Assembly: GCA_045837725.1 (NCBI GenBank)
Contig: JBEWZL010000221.1
Location: 124,001 to 188,000 of the forward strand
DNA: 64,000 bases
Reading direction: 5' to 3'
Source of the DNA: Vermamoeba vermiformis
Lineage: Eukaryota
The first letter of the stretch is position 1. Each line of letters opens with the position of its first letter. The position numbers and the translations under genes were made by a program. The notes beneath the pieces are model-generated. The model searched no databases and was not told the DNA's origin. It worked only from the letters and a program-made list of their open reading frames with translations. Shown here one piece after another: positions 1 through 11,400 of the stretch.

Positions 1-138
1 TGGGAGGCAATTTGTGGCGCCAACTTACATTTTCTTCGGAACGTTCGAATTTTACGCAATCACCTTTCAACTTACGCAGTACCTTAATAATACTCACCAA
101 AAGCGAAGCTCAAAGCTTAATTTATTTGAGTAATTGGA

Positions 139-1259
139 CTAATGGCCGTGGCTGTGGCTATGTCCACCGTGACCACCGCACGATCCACCGTCGCCATGGC
201 TGTGGCTATGGCTGTGACCGCCGTGACCACCGCCACCTTGCTGAGCCAACTGCTGCAATTGCATGAAAAGATTGTTGTAATCAGCTTGAGTCAGTGTCTA
301 ACAACAGTTAGAAGATCAGATCAGATTGCCTGAAAAATAATGTATTGTGCTTACTCTGTTGTTGACAACCATAGTAGCGACCGAGTCAACAGGCATATGC
401 TCTTCGACGACCATATCAACAAGCTGCATGAGCATCTGTTGGAACAAGAACTGGTTCTTGCGTGGATCTTCTTCGTTATGCTCCGATCCGTCGGCGAAAG
501 TGTAGGTCAAAATGCCAGTAGGCTTGAACTCCACCTTGGTGATGACCTTAGTATGGGCATCAGCGGGGTTGCCCTTCAACACCCAATGATCGCCCTGTCG
601 TTCCTTAACCTCGTATCTGCGACCCTTCTCAACACGCTCCGCAGCGATCTTCTCCATTGCCTCTGCAGGGACGTATTAGAATATGATGTTACTACAACAA
701 ACAAATTACCCATAGTGGTGGTAGAGGACGATGGCAAAGCCTTCAACGAGGTGCAGATCCAAGGCTCGGACTTGTCGTAGTCGAACTCGAAAACAGCGGT
801 CCAGTCTCCAGGGAAATCTGTCTCAAACATGTCCCAGTCAGGCCAGAGTTTGACAGTGGCGACAAACTTGACAGGAGATACGACCTCGCTGATGATACCG
901 TAGAACTTGATCCTATAGCACTTGTCAGTCAATTACGTTCGTTAGTTAGTTTGAGCTTTGCGTTGCTTACCAATTCTTTCCGTGCTTGGGAGTTTTTAAG
1001 TTGAAGTTGCAGCAGAAGCCAAGACCTATTATAATAGAACATTAGTAGGGCCGCGGAGTGTGCGCTCGGGATCCGACATACCAACACGAGGCTTCTTGCC
1101 AAAGAAGAACATTTCGTAGTTAGAAGGATGATACATCGCTCCACCGAAGTCTTTTTCATAGAGCTGCCATTGACGTCAGTATTACAAACAAAAGAACGAA
1201 CAATTTGACCGAACAAGTACCTGCGTTGTCTTCGTGTTCACGAAACCTTCGCTGCACAT
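139..1259 (-). CDS. Hypothetical protein (~280 aa, 6 exons) with a His/Gly-rich C-terminal tail
   Basis: Manual splicing across GT-AG introns gives a continuous frame: MCSEGFVNTKTTQ/LYEKDFGGAMYHPSNYEMFFFGKKPRVG/LGFCCNFNLKTPKHGKNW/IKFYG...(ORF 576-932)/EAMEKIAAER...(ORF 316-657)/TLTQADYNNLFMQLQQLAQQGGGGHGGHSHSHSHGDGGSCGGHGGHSHSHGH*. No family recognised. Confidence 0.75.
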
Positions 1260-1326
1260 TTGAGGCAAGTCAAAAGTAAACTTTTGGCCAGGACCCTCAG
1301 AGTAGACCTCTAATTAAATGACGGTA

Positions 1327-2254
1327 TTAGTCTAACGATAAACAATCGAGAGCAAGCGGGCACGAACCTCCTCCGTGAGCTTGCAAGAACTTGGCAACCT
1401 CAGTGTGTCCGCCTTCTTTAGCCATGGCCAAAGGTGTTGTGTTGCGCGAGGTCTTAACGTTGACGTTAGCACCGTGCTTAATTAAGACCTTGGCGCACTC
1501 AAGGTTGCCGTGGCATCCGCAGTAGTGCAACGGGGTCTCCAACAAGAAATTGGCCTTGTTCAAGTCAATAGGAACATTCTGTGCCTTGCACGTGTCGATG
1601 AGGAGCTAAATGAAGTCATTAGAGAATGCATTGCGTTATGAGGAAAAGCTTACCTCGAGACAGGCGCCAGATTCGTCTCTCAAAGCGGCGTGAACGGAAG
1701 TACTAAATAAAGTTATTGTTATTTAGTGAACATTAACAACATTTATACAAAAGATACGCAAACTAAGTTTACTAAGTTTACTACCGGATGTCAAATAATA
1801 AATAAATTTAAATTGTGGTTATGGTCTTTGATTCCAATAAAAATAAATATATTTTACTCATATTAGATTACCAAAAAATATTATTGAATTTTAAAAGGCT
1901 CCTTCCACGAATTTCGAAGGACAGATCGAAAATTAAATAAAATTTGGTAAAGTCATTTGATCGTCTGCGCGTATGTAGCACTTACAATCCTTGAACAACG
2001 TCACGCTTGTTTGGATCTGCCTTGGCTCTGATGAGAGCTTTCATGATCGGACCGAAAATTTTCGGCGCGTCAGCGTAAAGAGCGCAGGCCAAGTGCAAGG
2101 CAGTCTCTTTATCTACATTACGAGCATTGACGTCGGTAGTAGGATCAGCAAGCAAGTCACTGACTTTGCTCAAATCTCCTTCCTGTACCGCGCGATGCAA
2201 GGGCCAGTTCTTGCGAACCTTAACCTGTTGCTGTTGCTCTTGAGTCTTTTCCAT
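1327..2254 (-). CDS. Small ankyrin-repeat protein (3 exons)
   Basis: Ankyrin consensus motifs WPLHRAV, ETALHLAC, ETPLHYCG and TTPLAMA in ORFs 1982-2254 and 1327-1563, joined by a short exon (TSVHAALRDESGACLE) with canonical splice sites. Confidence 0.9.
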
Positions 2255-2520
2255 GATTAACGAGTTGTTACTGCTCGATAGGAATAAAAGAATAAAAGCG
2301 GACGCTCCTATTTAACCCTGCTTTCCGTCAACCAGGGCAGAGTCGTGGATTTACCTCCCAGTCGATAATTTCTCAGGTAGTCCATCAAAAAAACGTCAAA
2401 AAACTACTTGGAATGTTCGATTAACAGTACGTCCTTAAGACGTAGCTGCTAAACGAACATCATTTACTTGTTACTTAAGTTACTAACATCTACAAGCTGC
2501 GCAAGCAAAAGACGCAAAAG

Positions 2521-3152
2521 TTACTTGCCCTTGAGCTCTCTCTTTTCTGCTTCATGAATTAGCTTCGAGGTGTCTTTCAGCTTGCGATCGAGGATGTTCA
2601 TTTCTCGTTCGTAGTCCCTAAAAATAATAAATGCGAAATTAGATTCGGTCTTTGCCTAAAATAAACCTCATATCTAATTGGAGGTAAGTTTCTGGAACTT
2701 TGTCGTACTTTTGAAGCTTTTTGGCGTCTTTTGCTTCGCGTTTGGCAGTGTCGAGACGCTTCTCAATGACTTTGCGGCGTTCCTTGGCGTCCTTTACTTC
2801 TTGTTTTGCCGCTACGAGCTGTTGCTTAATTTGTAGCGCGATTTGATTGGAGCTTTGAGCGCGGTGCATCTGCGCACTTCTTTTATTATCGAGATCGTTC
2901 CATTGTGATTTTGCCTCGGCCTCCATTCTTCTCGCTTCTTCAAGAGACACCACCGTATTCTGGGCGTCTATACGAAACCATGCATTAGCATATTACATTG
3001 TTTTGATCTTTCGTATCATCTGCTTCGACTTCTTAGCCCGAGTACTTACTCTGAACAGGCTGGCTGTAATAGGTATTTGCACTATAATTAGAAGGCGGTT
3101 GAGGCTCTCTAATCGGAGCTACGTTGCTATTAGATTGTTGTATAGTCGTCAT
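2521..3152 (-). CDS. Small Lys/Glu/Ala-rich coiled-coil protein (paralog of 4360-5248)
   Basis: Spliced frame MTTIQQSNSNVAPIREPQPPS.../AQNTVVSLEEARRMEAEAKS...KQEVKDAKERRK...LQK/DYEREMNILDRKLKDTSKLIHEAEKRELKGK*. Confidence 0.7.
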
Positions 3153-3534
3153 CTCTTCCACTTCGGCGAACAGATTTGCAATTGTCAAATTATCTTGGGG
3201 TGATTTAGCAACAGACTAGTGTTGCTTGTTGGTTGGTAAGTGCGGTTTATGAAGATTACTGAAGTTGTTTCGTTTGTAGAACCTTTTTGAGACGTGTCGC
3301 TACAGATCTCTCATGAATTTCTAGTCTAAGACTGGTTCGCGGGAATCTGTCAGCAAGCTCTCATAAAGACTTGACGCAGCTTGGGTACGCACGTCATGGT
3401 AAGCTCGAAGGATTATGTGCCTCATTAGCGCGAATCTAAAAGATCGGATTAGCTTTTGATGCTGAAGAGTTTGAATAAGCTGCATAATATTACCCCACGA
3501 GAAAAACATCGCCAAAGAAAATCTTTTGTCAGGT

Positions 3535-4167
3535 TTAGTTTATTGCCTGCTTGCTTCGAGGCTTGTATCCGCCATCCAGAGGGTACTCTGCAAGTAGCTC
3601 TCGCTTTTCAATATCTTCAGGCGTCTGCGTTTTAAAATATGCAAATGCCTCTCTAACTTCGCCAGCACCATTGACAGGCGTAAGAGATACTGGTAGCCGC
3701 ATGTACAGATGAGGACACTCCTCGAACTCATCTAAGCGTGCTAAATGTTCTTTATCAACGGTAAATATTTCCCCTAATATTTGATGACCAACACCTGGCT
3801 TATTATAAAGCGCAGGCACGTGTGAATGAAGTTCAGACACATCCTAAAAATTCAAGTTAATAATTACGCTAATAGTTAAAATTAATAGTACTATATGGTT
3901 ATAAAATTAATTACGCAGTTACAAAGAGTGATGGTATTTAATTAGAATTACGAAGGTATTAAAAAAACCGTTGGTTACCTCTTGTAAAGAAATAATAATC
4001 ATTGGAAACTTCTCTACTGTTTTGTATTCGCCTACAAATTCGGCTCCTCGCATTTGAACAAAATTATGGAAGTTTCTACGACCAGATTAGAAAGGCAGTC
4101 GGCAAAATTCATGCTTAGGTTACCTTTTCAACGTTCCATAAACAAATACGTGCACTCTATCAGCCAT
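3535..4167 (-). CDS. GGACT: Gamma-glutamylamine cyclotransferase-like (GGCT/AIG2 family)
   Basis: The N-terminal exon MADRVHVFVYGTLK carries the family FVYGTL motif. The last exon has ILGEIFTVDKEHLARLDEFEECPHLYMR (GE.Y...L..LD.FE....Y.R consensus). Confidence 0.85.
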
Positions 4168-4359
4168 TTCTCTTACTGTCGTTTTGTGCTCTTACAACGC
4201 CGTAAAGCATCAAAATAAAACACAAAAAGAAAATCGTTTTTTTGTCAACCTCCGCTGTGGAATTCAGTTCGCGTTTAAATACGAGCGTGATAGCACATTC
4301 AAAAAGAATTTGTTAATTGCACGACAATAGAGCAAATATTTCACGAGTAACGCCAAGCA

Positions 4360-5248
4360 ATGGAGATCGAACCTGGAACCACTAATGCCGCAGAAGCACC
4401 TCCCGCACCAGCTGGACCTGCACCGCCTAAGAGTAAGTAATTTATATTAATATATCATATATAAAGTTCTTTCGTAAGCGTCTTCCGCTAAGGGAGTTTT
4501 TGGAAAACAAAGAAAACTTTATTTTCAATTATAATATTGCAAAATACGGGCAATCGAAGGGATTAATTTTAAAATTAGTATTTAGATGTTTATTAGCTAA
4601 TTATGCGATAATTCTTTGCAACTTTAATTAACGCTCGTATTTTTAATTAATTCGAATTCTCCCTCCATATTTTTACGATCGAAGACTGCTTGACTATTAA
4701 TACATAATTAATTCGTATGTATAATGAGCTTGTGAATGATCGTGTGTTTGTACTGTCGGAGCAGATCCGATCAGACCTTTTGTGAAAACTTCAGGTACAA
4801 TACTAACCGTTATATCCTTTTTTTATTAGTCCTCACGCTTGCCGAGGCTCGAGATTTGGATTCACAAGCTAAATCTAAAGCAATGGAAAGCAATAGACAC
4901 GCTGAAGATTGTCTCAAAGCAGCCCAAGAAGCTAAACGAAATGAAACTGATGCCAAGCAGCGCGTGAAGACTATTAAGCAAGAAATTAAAGACGCGCAGA
5001 AAAGACAAAAAGAAGCTGAAAAGACCGCAAAAATAGCCGCTAAAGAATCGAAGGAAAAGAAAAAACAAGCAGATCAGGCGAAAAAGGTAAAATACCAGCC
5101 CTTCGTTCGCATATTATCGTAAAATTTATTTGATGGTTATATTTAATTCGTTTTATGACTTTAGGAGGCAAAAACAGCGGACAAAAATGCGAAAGTTGCG
5201 GCAAAACAACTAAAGGACGCTGAAAAGCGAGAGAAAAAGAAGAAATAA
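4360..5248 (+). CDS. Small Lys/Glu/Ala-rich coiled-coil protein (paralog of 2521-3152)
   Basis: Spliced frame MEIEPGTTNAAEAPPAPAGPAPPK/ILTLAEARDLDSQAKS...KQEIKDAQKRQK...QAKK/EAKTADKNAKVAAKQLKDAEKREKKKK*. Confidence 0.7.
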
Positions 5249-5370
5249 CATTAATATGATTATTTTGTATCGTATAGATGTAATTATAAACTTTATTTAT
5301 TAGTTCAGTCGTTAAATTTTGCATCCAATTTATTTTTCCTTCCGTCAGTTAGACGTCACCACAGATCGCG

Positions 5371-7981
5371 ATGGAGAATACAAAAAATGATAGAATAAAC
5401 GTAGATTTGGCAGAGAAGAAGGTACCTGAATGGGTGAATCCGTTTCCTGACAGCGAACACAGCCCAGCGCTTCCATTGATCTGTGGTCAACGAGGAGTGG
5501 TCTTTCAAAATTATTATTACGTGATACAGGGCTACGATGGAGAATATACTACAGATTGCTATTGCTACGCGTTGGGTAAGATTTTTTTATTTTTATAATG
5601 TAAAATTGAAAAACGTTTTGAGGCGTCGTAAAGCTCACAACTTGCTCCTATTTAGCCTGTTACGAGGACAATATTTAAACTATTTTTGATAATTTAAAAA
5701 TCAATTTTTGCACCCGAAATTGAAATACTGACGCTTGTCCCTGTAGATCGAAAGGAATGGATGCCGTTTTATCCATCGAAAGACGTTGATGATTTGGAAG
5801 ATGTCGGCTGGCAATATCATTCAATTGTTTTAGACGGCCATTTAGCGTACATCTTCGGTGGTGCAAGAGACGATAACGGTCTGAATCAACAAATTTCAAA
5901 CGAAGTGTGGTGCATCGATTTACGTAAGTGGTTATAATATTATTACATAAGACAAGCATCTAGATGAGGATGATCAAGTTAAAGAGATAATTCTGCAAAT
6001 GCAAACAAATCCGCTTTTTTTTTCTTTTCTCAGAACTCATAAGATCTTGCTAGGCACGACTCAAAAATACTCTGTTTGTCAAAATGGATTGCCTAGTCCA
6101 CGATACTTACATACTGCCGTACTCTACGACAAAAAAATGTGGATCTTTGGTGGCCGTACTGGCGTCGATGCACAGAGCTTGAACGACCTATTTTGCTTTG
6201 ATCTTGGTAACAAATTACAATTATTTGTATATTTTAATTATAATTTTAATTTTAATTTTAATCCAGAGACGAAGACCTGGAAAGAAATTCATGCGACGAA
6301 TCAAGCACCAGCGCCACGAAGAGCTCACACGAGTTTCGTTCATGAAGACAGAATGTACATATTTGGCGGGTGGAATGGAAGTGAATGCTTTAATGATATG
6401 TGGTATTATGATTTTGGTACGTACAGAATCTGGATGTGGATCCACACCTTTTGTTTCTTTCTACTATTTCAAGCGATTTTTGATACTTTAGTCTCATCTT
6501 TATAACAAGGTTATTAATTAAGTAATTGATTAGAATTAAATGAATGGGTGCCAGTAGAACAAAAAGGCGATGTGCCGTCAGAACGAGAAATCGAATGCAA
6601 CGCAGAATACGGTGGAGAATATTACATATTTGGCGGAGCGTCTAATGGCACTCAAGATAATACTTTATTTGCGTTTAATCCAGGTAACCTACCATACGAC
6701 CAGATCCAGATCCAGATCCAGGATCGAATAATTTTTGTTACTGCGTACTAACACTCTATGCAGTTACGTCTACTTGGCGAATAGTTGAAACTAAAAATAG
6801 CCCACCTGAACGCGAAAGTCACGTGCTTGTGGCTTGCAAAAATAAGTTACTGGTGCACGGAGGTTTTAGCATGTTTCGTTTAAACGATATTTATGAGCTA
6901 GGTAAGTAAAAAAATGAAAATAATTAATAATTATTTATTAATGATAATAATAATTAGAGCTGCCTATCGTGGAGACTAAGCCGAAAAATTTGTTCGAGAA
7001 ATTTCAAGAGGACATGCGCAAATTATACAAGAATCGTAACGAATCAGTATTCGAGCAATTACTACGTATCAGATGTCCTCAAATCAATATCAGTGCAATT
7101 GCGTTTGAAAATCCAAGTCCTGTCGAAGAGATTTTTCTCGAGTGGCTCTTTACTGATACCATCAACGAAGAAAAGTTTTTGTTTCAGCTAAAAGACGCAC
7201 ATACAATATTTGGTGAGGCATTAAATTGGGCGAGGACGAACGGAGTAACAAAATTAGCCGATTGGCTCTTGAACTTGGCAACCAGATCTCTTTGCCACGA
7301 TAATTACGCAGATTTTTTACAATACACTTCCGAACCGGTTATTCAAGACAGGTAATAATACTTTTTATTTACGTATATATATGATTATATTTATGATGGT
7401 TTCAAAGGTGTGAGTTTATCCACAATCAAATGACCAATAAGAACTATCCTACTAATGTTCATCTCGACAACTTTATTTATGAATACAACTCAACATTGCA
7501 CTATGACATGTTAAAATTGCTAAAAGAAGAATCAGACGTCGTATTACAACTACCTAACAACGTCACCATGCCGTTACACTCATGGATCGTGGATCTGAGG
7601 TAACTTCAAGCTCGCTTTTTGTGATTAATACTAATCATATAATACCATAGATGTCCTTATTTTAAGAGTAGTATAGATTTCAACTCGTTAAATGCTCAGC
7701 GGACCAAGGTTATTAAGCATGAACCGAAGATCTCGATGTCGGCATTAGAATCAATTTTGAAGTATATCTACAGCGGAGAATTAGAATTTTTGGTTGAAGA
7801 TTACTTTGATATTGTCAAAGAAGCCAGTTACTACATGATTGACGATGAACTGTTTTATTCCGCCATGAGCGACGAATTCATGCAACGAGTAACGAAAGAT
7901 GATAAAGCAAGACTGTTAGAACTCGTGAAGAAATATGAAGGAAACTTCTTAGGAGAGCTACAATACCTCCAAGAGCTGTAA
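5371..7981 (+). CDS. Kelch-repeat plus BTB/POZ domain protein (LZTR1-like architecture)
   Basis: Multiple Kelch blades (PSPRYLHTAVLYDKKMWIFGG, PAPRRAHTSF..MYIFGGWNG, YYIFGG) followed by two BTB-like segments (LLRIRCP..FLEWLFTD; SDVVL..HSWIVDL/RCPYF..LESILKYIYSG). Confidence 0.85.
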
Positions 7982-8128
7982 TAAAGCCACGTGGACCAAG
8001 TTTTCTGCGGAATTTACCTTGTGACTTTGCGCGGAAAAAAAATCGTCGGTTTATTTCCTCGAATCTTGCAACATGAACCTCACGAGCTGAAGTTAGAACT
8101 TGGAGCCAAGTAGAGCCTTCTGCTACTC

Positions 8129-8399
8129 ATGACCCTTGCTATTGAAGCACACGATGGGCCTGCTTTAAAGAAGCGAAAACTGGATCTTCCGTAGATCCGT
8201 AGTGCTCGAAGAAACAGAAAAGAAAATGGATATAGACTTGAATAATTACTGCTGTTCTTACATCGTCGACTTGCCGCCAGAAATTCTGCTTCAAATCTTC
8301 GAACTATTTCGAAGTAACAACTTTTGTGCTTTCGTTTTAAATTTTATGTTTTACTATGGAATCTATTATTCTCACGAACAAACCGTGTTTATAAACTGA
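8129..8399 (+). pseudogene. F-box-like remnant or F-box-only ORF
   Basis: IVDLPPEILLQIFELF is an F-box-like motif. The upstream ATG ORF MTLAIEAHDGPALKKRKLDLP* is out of frame with it, and there is no room for a substrate domain before the convergent DOCK stop at 8487. Confidence 0.4.
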
Positions 8400-8486
8400 A
8401 CGAATTGACACGAAGTTAATTTCAATTAGTCTCTCAGTTGTGAAGTAAAAATATTCACTGTCGTAAGTGTAGTGAAAATAGGGTCT

Positions 8487-11400
8487 CTACAAGCTCAATT
8501 TGGACACGTGCTCGTTGAAAGTCTTCTTAAATCCAGCAAGCGTGCCTTCCAATTGCAAATGTAATCCACGCATGTTTTCGCCGACCAATCTCTCGTGTAC
8601 TTTCATGCCTGAATTCGAAGACGTTAGAAAAAATATTATACGTTAATTATATGGAATATCAATCTCTTACCAGTCTCGCAAGCTTCGATCTGATCGACGA
8701 ACAAATCTTTCAATTGAACGATTTGTGCTTTCTTGCTTGGATTCTCATTGATGAAGACAGGGTTCAAAAACACTTCTTTGTAAAGTGCTGGACCTCCGTT
8801 AACAGCCGCGTCGATAACACCTGTTTGAAGAAACATGATTAAATTTAATGTCAAGATCGGATGCGAATCCACTCATTCGAAAGTTAACAACAAAAATATT
8901 CATAATAATAAGGTACCTTTCAATAACATAGTCAACGGACTAATGTTAATGCCAGCCTTGTCGTATTTCTCGATTCCTTCGTAAATTTCTTTGTTCTTCG
9001 AGCTCATGAAGGTGATCGAGTTGTCGATAGGCTCCAAGGTTTGCTAGTAAATGATATTAATATAAGAGCTGTATTAAAATATAATAGGAGCCAACGAACC
9101 TCCTTGGTATCAACAATAGCTGCACGACGTTGAATGTGAGGCAGTTTCTTCGCGGTAATGAAGAAGGTCTTCTTGATCCACAAGTCGGCAATTTCTTCGG
9201 CGGGAGTCTCACCTTTTTTCTTATTCTTTCTGAAGGGTCTATAATAACATCATTAGTATAAGAACACTCAAATTTGTGCTTAAGCTTGCCGTACCTCGAG
9301 TAGACGAAGACATCAATGTTGTTGACAGTGACGTATTTTTGAGCTTCAAGCGGCATGGCATCGCTCAACTTGCGCTCTTTGCCTTCGAGTTCTTCTTGGC
9401 TTCCCGGCTTGACTGCAAAGATTTGCAAGTCTGCTCAAAATTAGCACGTGACGCGTCATATTCGGGTCTGAAAGTGTGACACTTACATTGCTTATCCGAG
9501 TTGAGAATGTCGGCGGGAGGAATCTCCGTGTAAGTCAATGTTTCGGCTTGCGGGAAACGACGCTTAATGCGTGCAGTGAAGTCGTCAAGTCTCTCCAACA
9601 TGTTGCCCTTGTAGATGAACTCTTTGTTCTAAGAACGAAGTTTTAGCGATCGCTTGGTCTACTTCCAAATAAGGAAATATTCTTGTACTTACAGCGTACT
9701 CGCCAAAACCTTTGCCGTAGAAGCCGACGCGGAAGTACTCGTGGTAAATGCGCTCGACGGTGCTAATGTTTTGATAGAACGATGCTTCTTGCTTCAACAA
9801 CTCAGCGAGTTGGATGTAATCGAAATCAAAGTTCTTGTATTGCGAGGCCAGGGCGTCCATGACGTTAATCGCCTCTTCCCAGAACTTGCCTTTCTCGAAC
9901 AAAGTGATGGCAGTCTTGTACAAACCGACCTTTCTATCGCGTTCAAGAGCCGCAGGAAGTTTGCTGACTTCTTCAGCGGGCAAAGGCTTAAGCGACCAAC
10001 CAAGTAATTTAGCTGCACAGAAAAATTAGATCTATGACACGAGTCAAAGTGTCAAAGTGTCATACCGTGCAACAAGACAGCGTGTGCGGCTTCAACCCAG
10101 TTTTCGAGTGACTTGTGGAACTGAATAAGTTGATGCAGGTACTTGGTGTATAAGTTGTAACGCTCGGTCTTCTTCAAGTAGTCCATCATGTTGACAATTC
10201 CTGACACTTTGTCGTCCTCGTAAGCAACGTCCTTCGACATGGATTTCAACTCGATCAATCGGTGCATCAACTGCAAGGTCTCGTTAGTATCGCACGTCAT
10301 TACAAACTAAAAATTACGTACGTTGCGGATGTCCTCTAGATAGGCTTTGCCTGCGGCCTTCATTTCAGCGTTGCTGGACTTTTCGAACAAATCGAGCAAG
10401 CTCTGAATGAAGAAGTTCAAGAAGTTCTTGTCGGCGAGGCCCTGGTTGATGAGTTGATCAAAGTGTTCGATAGTTTGGTACTCGACTTCTTTGAGTTGAT
10501 TTGTCTGTTGGAACTCTTCTTCGATCATTTGGAAGTATAAATCAACACCAGTTTGTCTAATATCAGCTTGGTTCATCTGTACAAGATTAAAAAAGTGAGC
10601 CAAAAGATGCAGATTTATGATAGATCTTTCGTTTACGTACCAGCATTAATTCGATTAACGGACCAATGACGTGCGAGACCAAATGGATTTGGTACTTGCC
10701 CAAGACTTCAGACAATTGACGCAAAATGCTACAAGCACCAAGGCGCATATCTCCGTACCTATTTAACAACACCTGTTAGCTACAAAAGACGTGTATGATC
10801 TTTGACTTACAGCTCGTTCACGATGGCGAGCTTTGAAGGCACGAAAGTCTCAACGGCCAAAACCTTCGATCGAATGAACGTGATCAACATGCGAGTGAAC
10901 TTCAACCACAATTGCTCGCCCTAAATAAATTTCACGTCAATATTAGTTGCTTCAAATGATCATGCGAGTGACACGTACCTTGGCTTTAGCGGAAACTTCC
11001 CACAACTTTTCTTGACTTTGCCACTTAGCCTTGAGCGAGTTTTCAATCAATGTGCCCGCATCCAAACTGCTCTTTCTCTTCATGTGCGAGACGGATCCAG
11101 GACTGTTTCTGAATCTCGAAACTGCAGTCTTCTTCTCGTTCAACAAATTATCAGAGCTCGAATGAGGCGATAAGACTGGTGAACTGGTAGGGGAGACGGG
11201 CTGAGGAGCAGCCTTGGGAGGTGCAGGCATCGGTCTGGCGTTTTGACCAGGCGTGGGCGATCTGGCCTTGAGATTGGTCAAGAAAGCGTTCTTAGCCATT
11301 GCAAGACTACGCTGGTGCATTTGATTAGGTCTCTGTTGCGATTGGAATTGCGCGTATGATTGCTGAATGTTCGTCTTGTCGGCTTGGATTTGCTGTTGCA

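Noticed and set aside
12-780. Plus-strand ORFs 12-266, 142-333 and 340-780
   Set aside because: Antisense to the spliced minus-strand gene whose splice signals and frame are consistent.
6231-6262. (TTTTAA)n run, and (CTATCG)n at ~37750
   Set aside because: Short simple repeats (intronic, and coding Asp-Ser respectively); not telomeric or mobile-element features.
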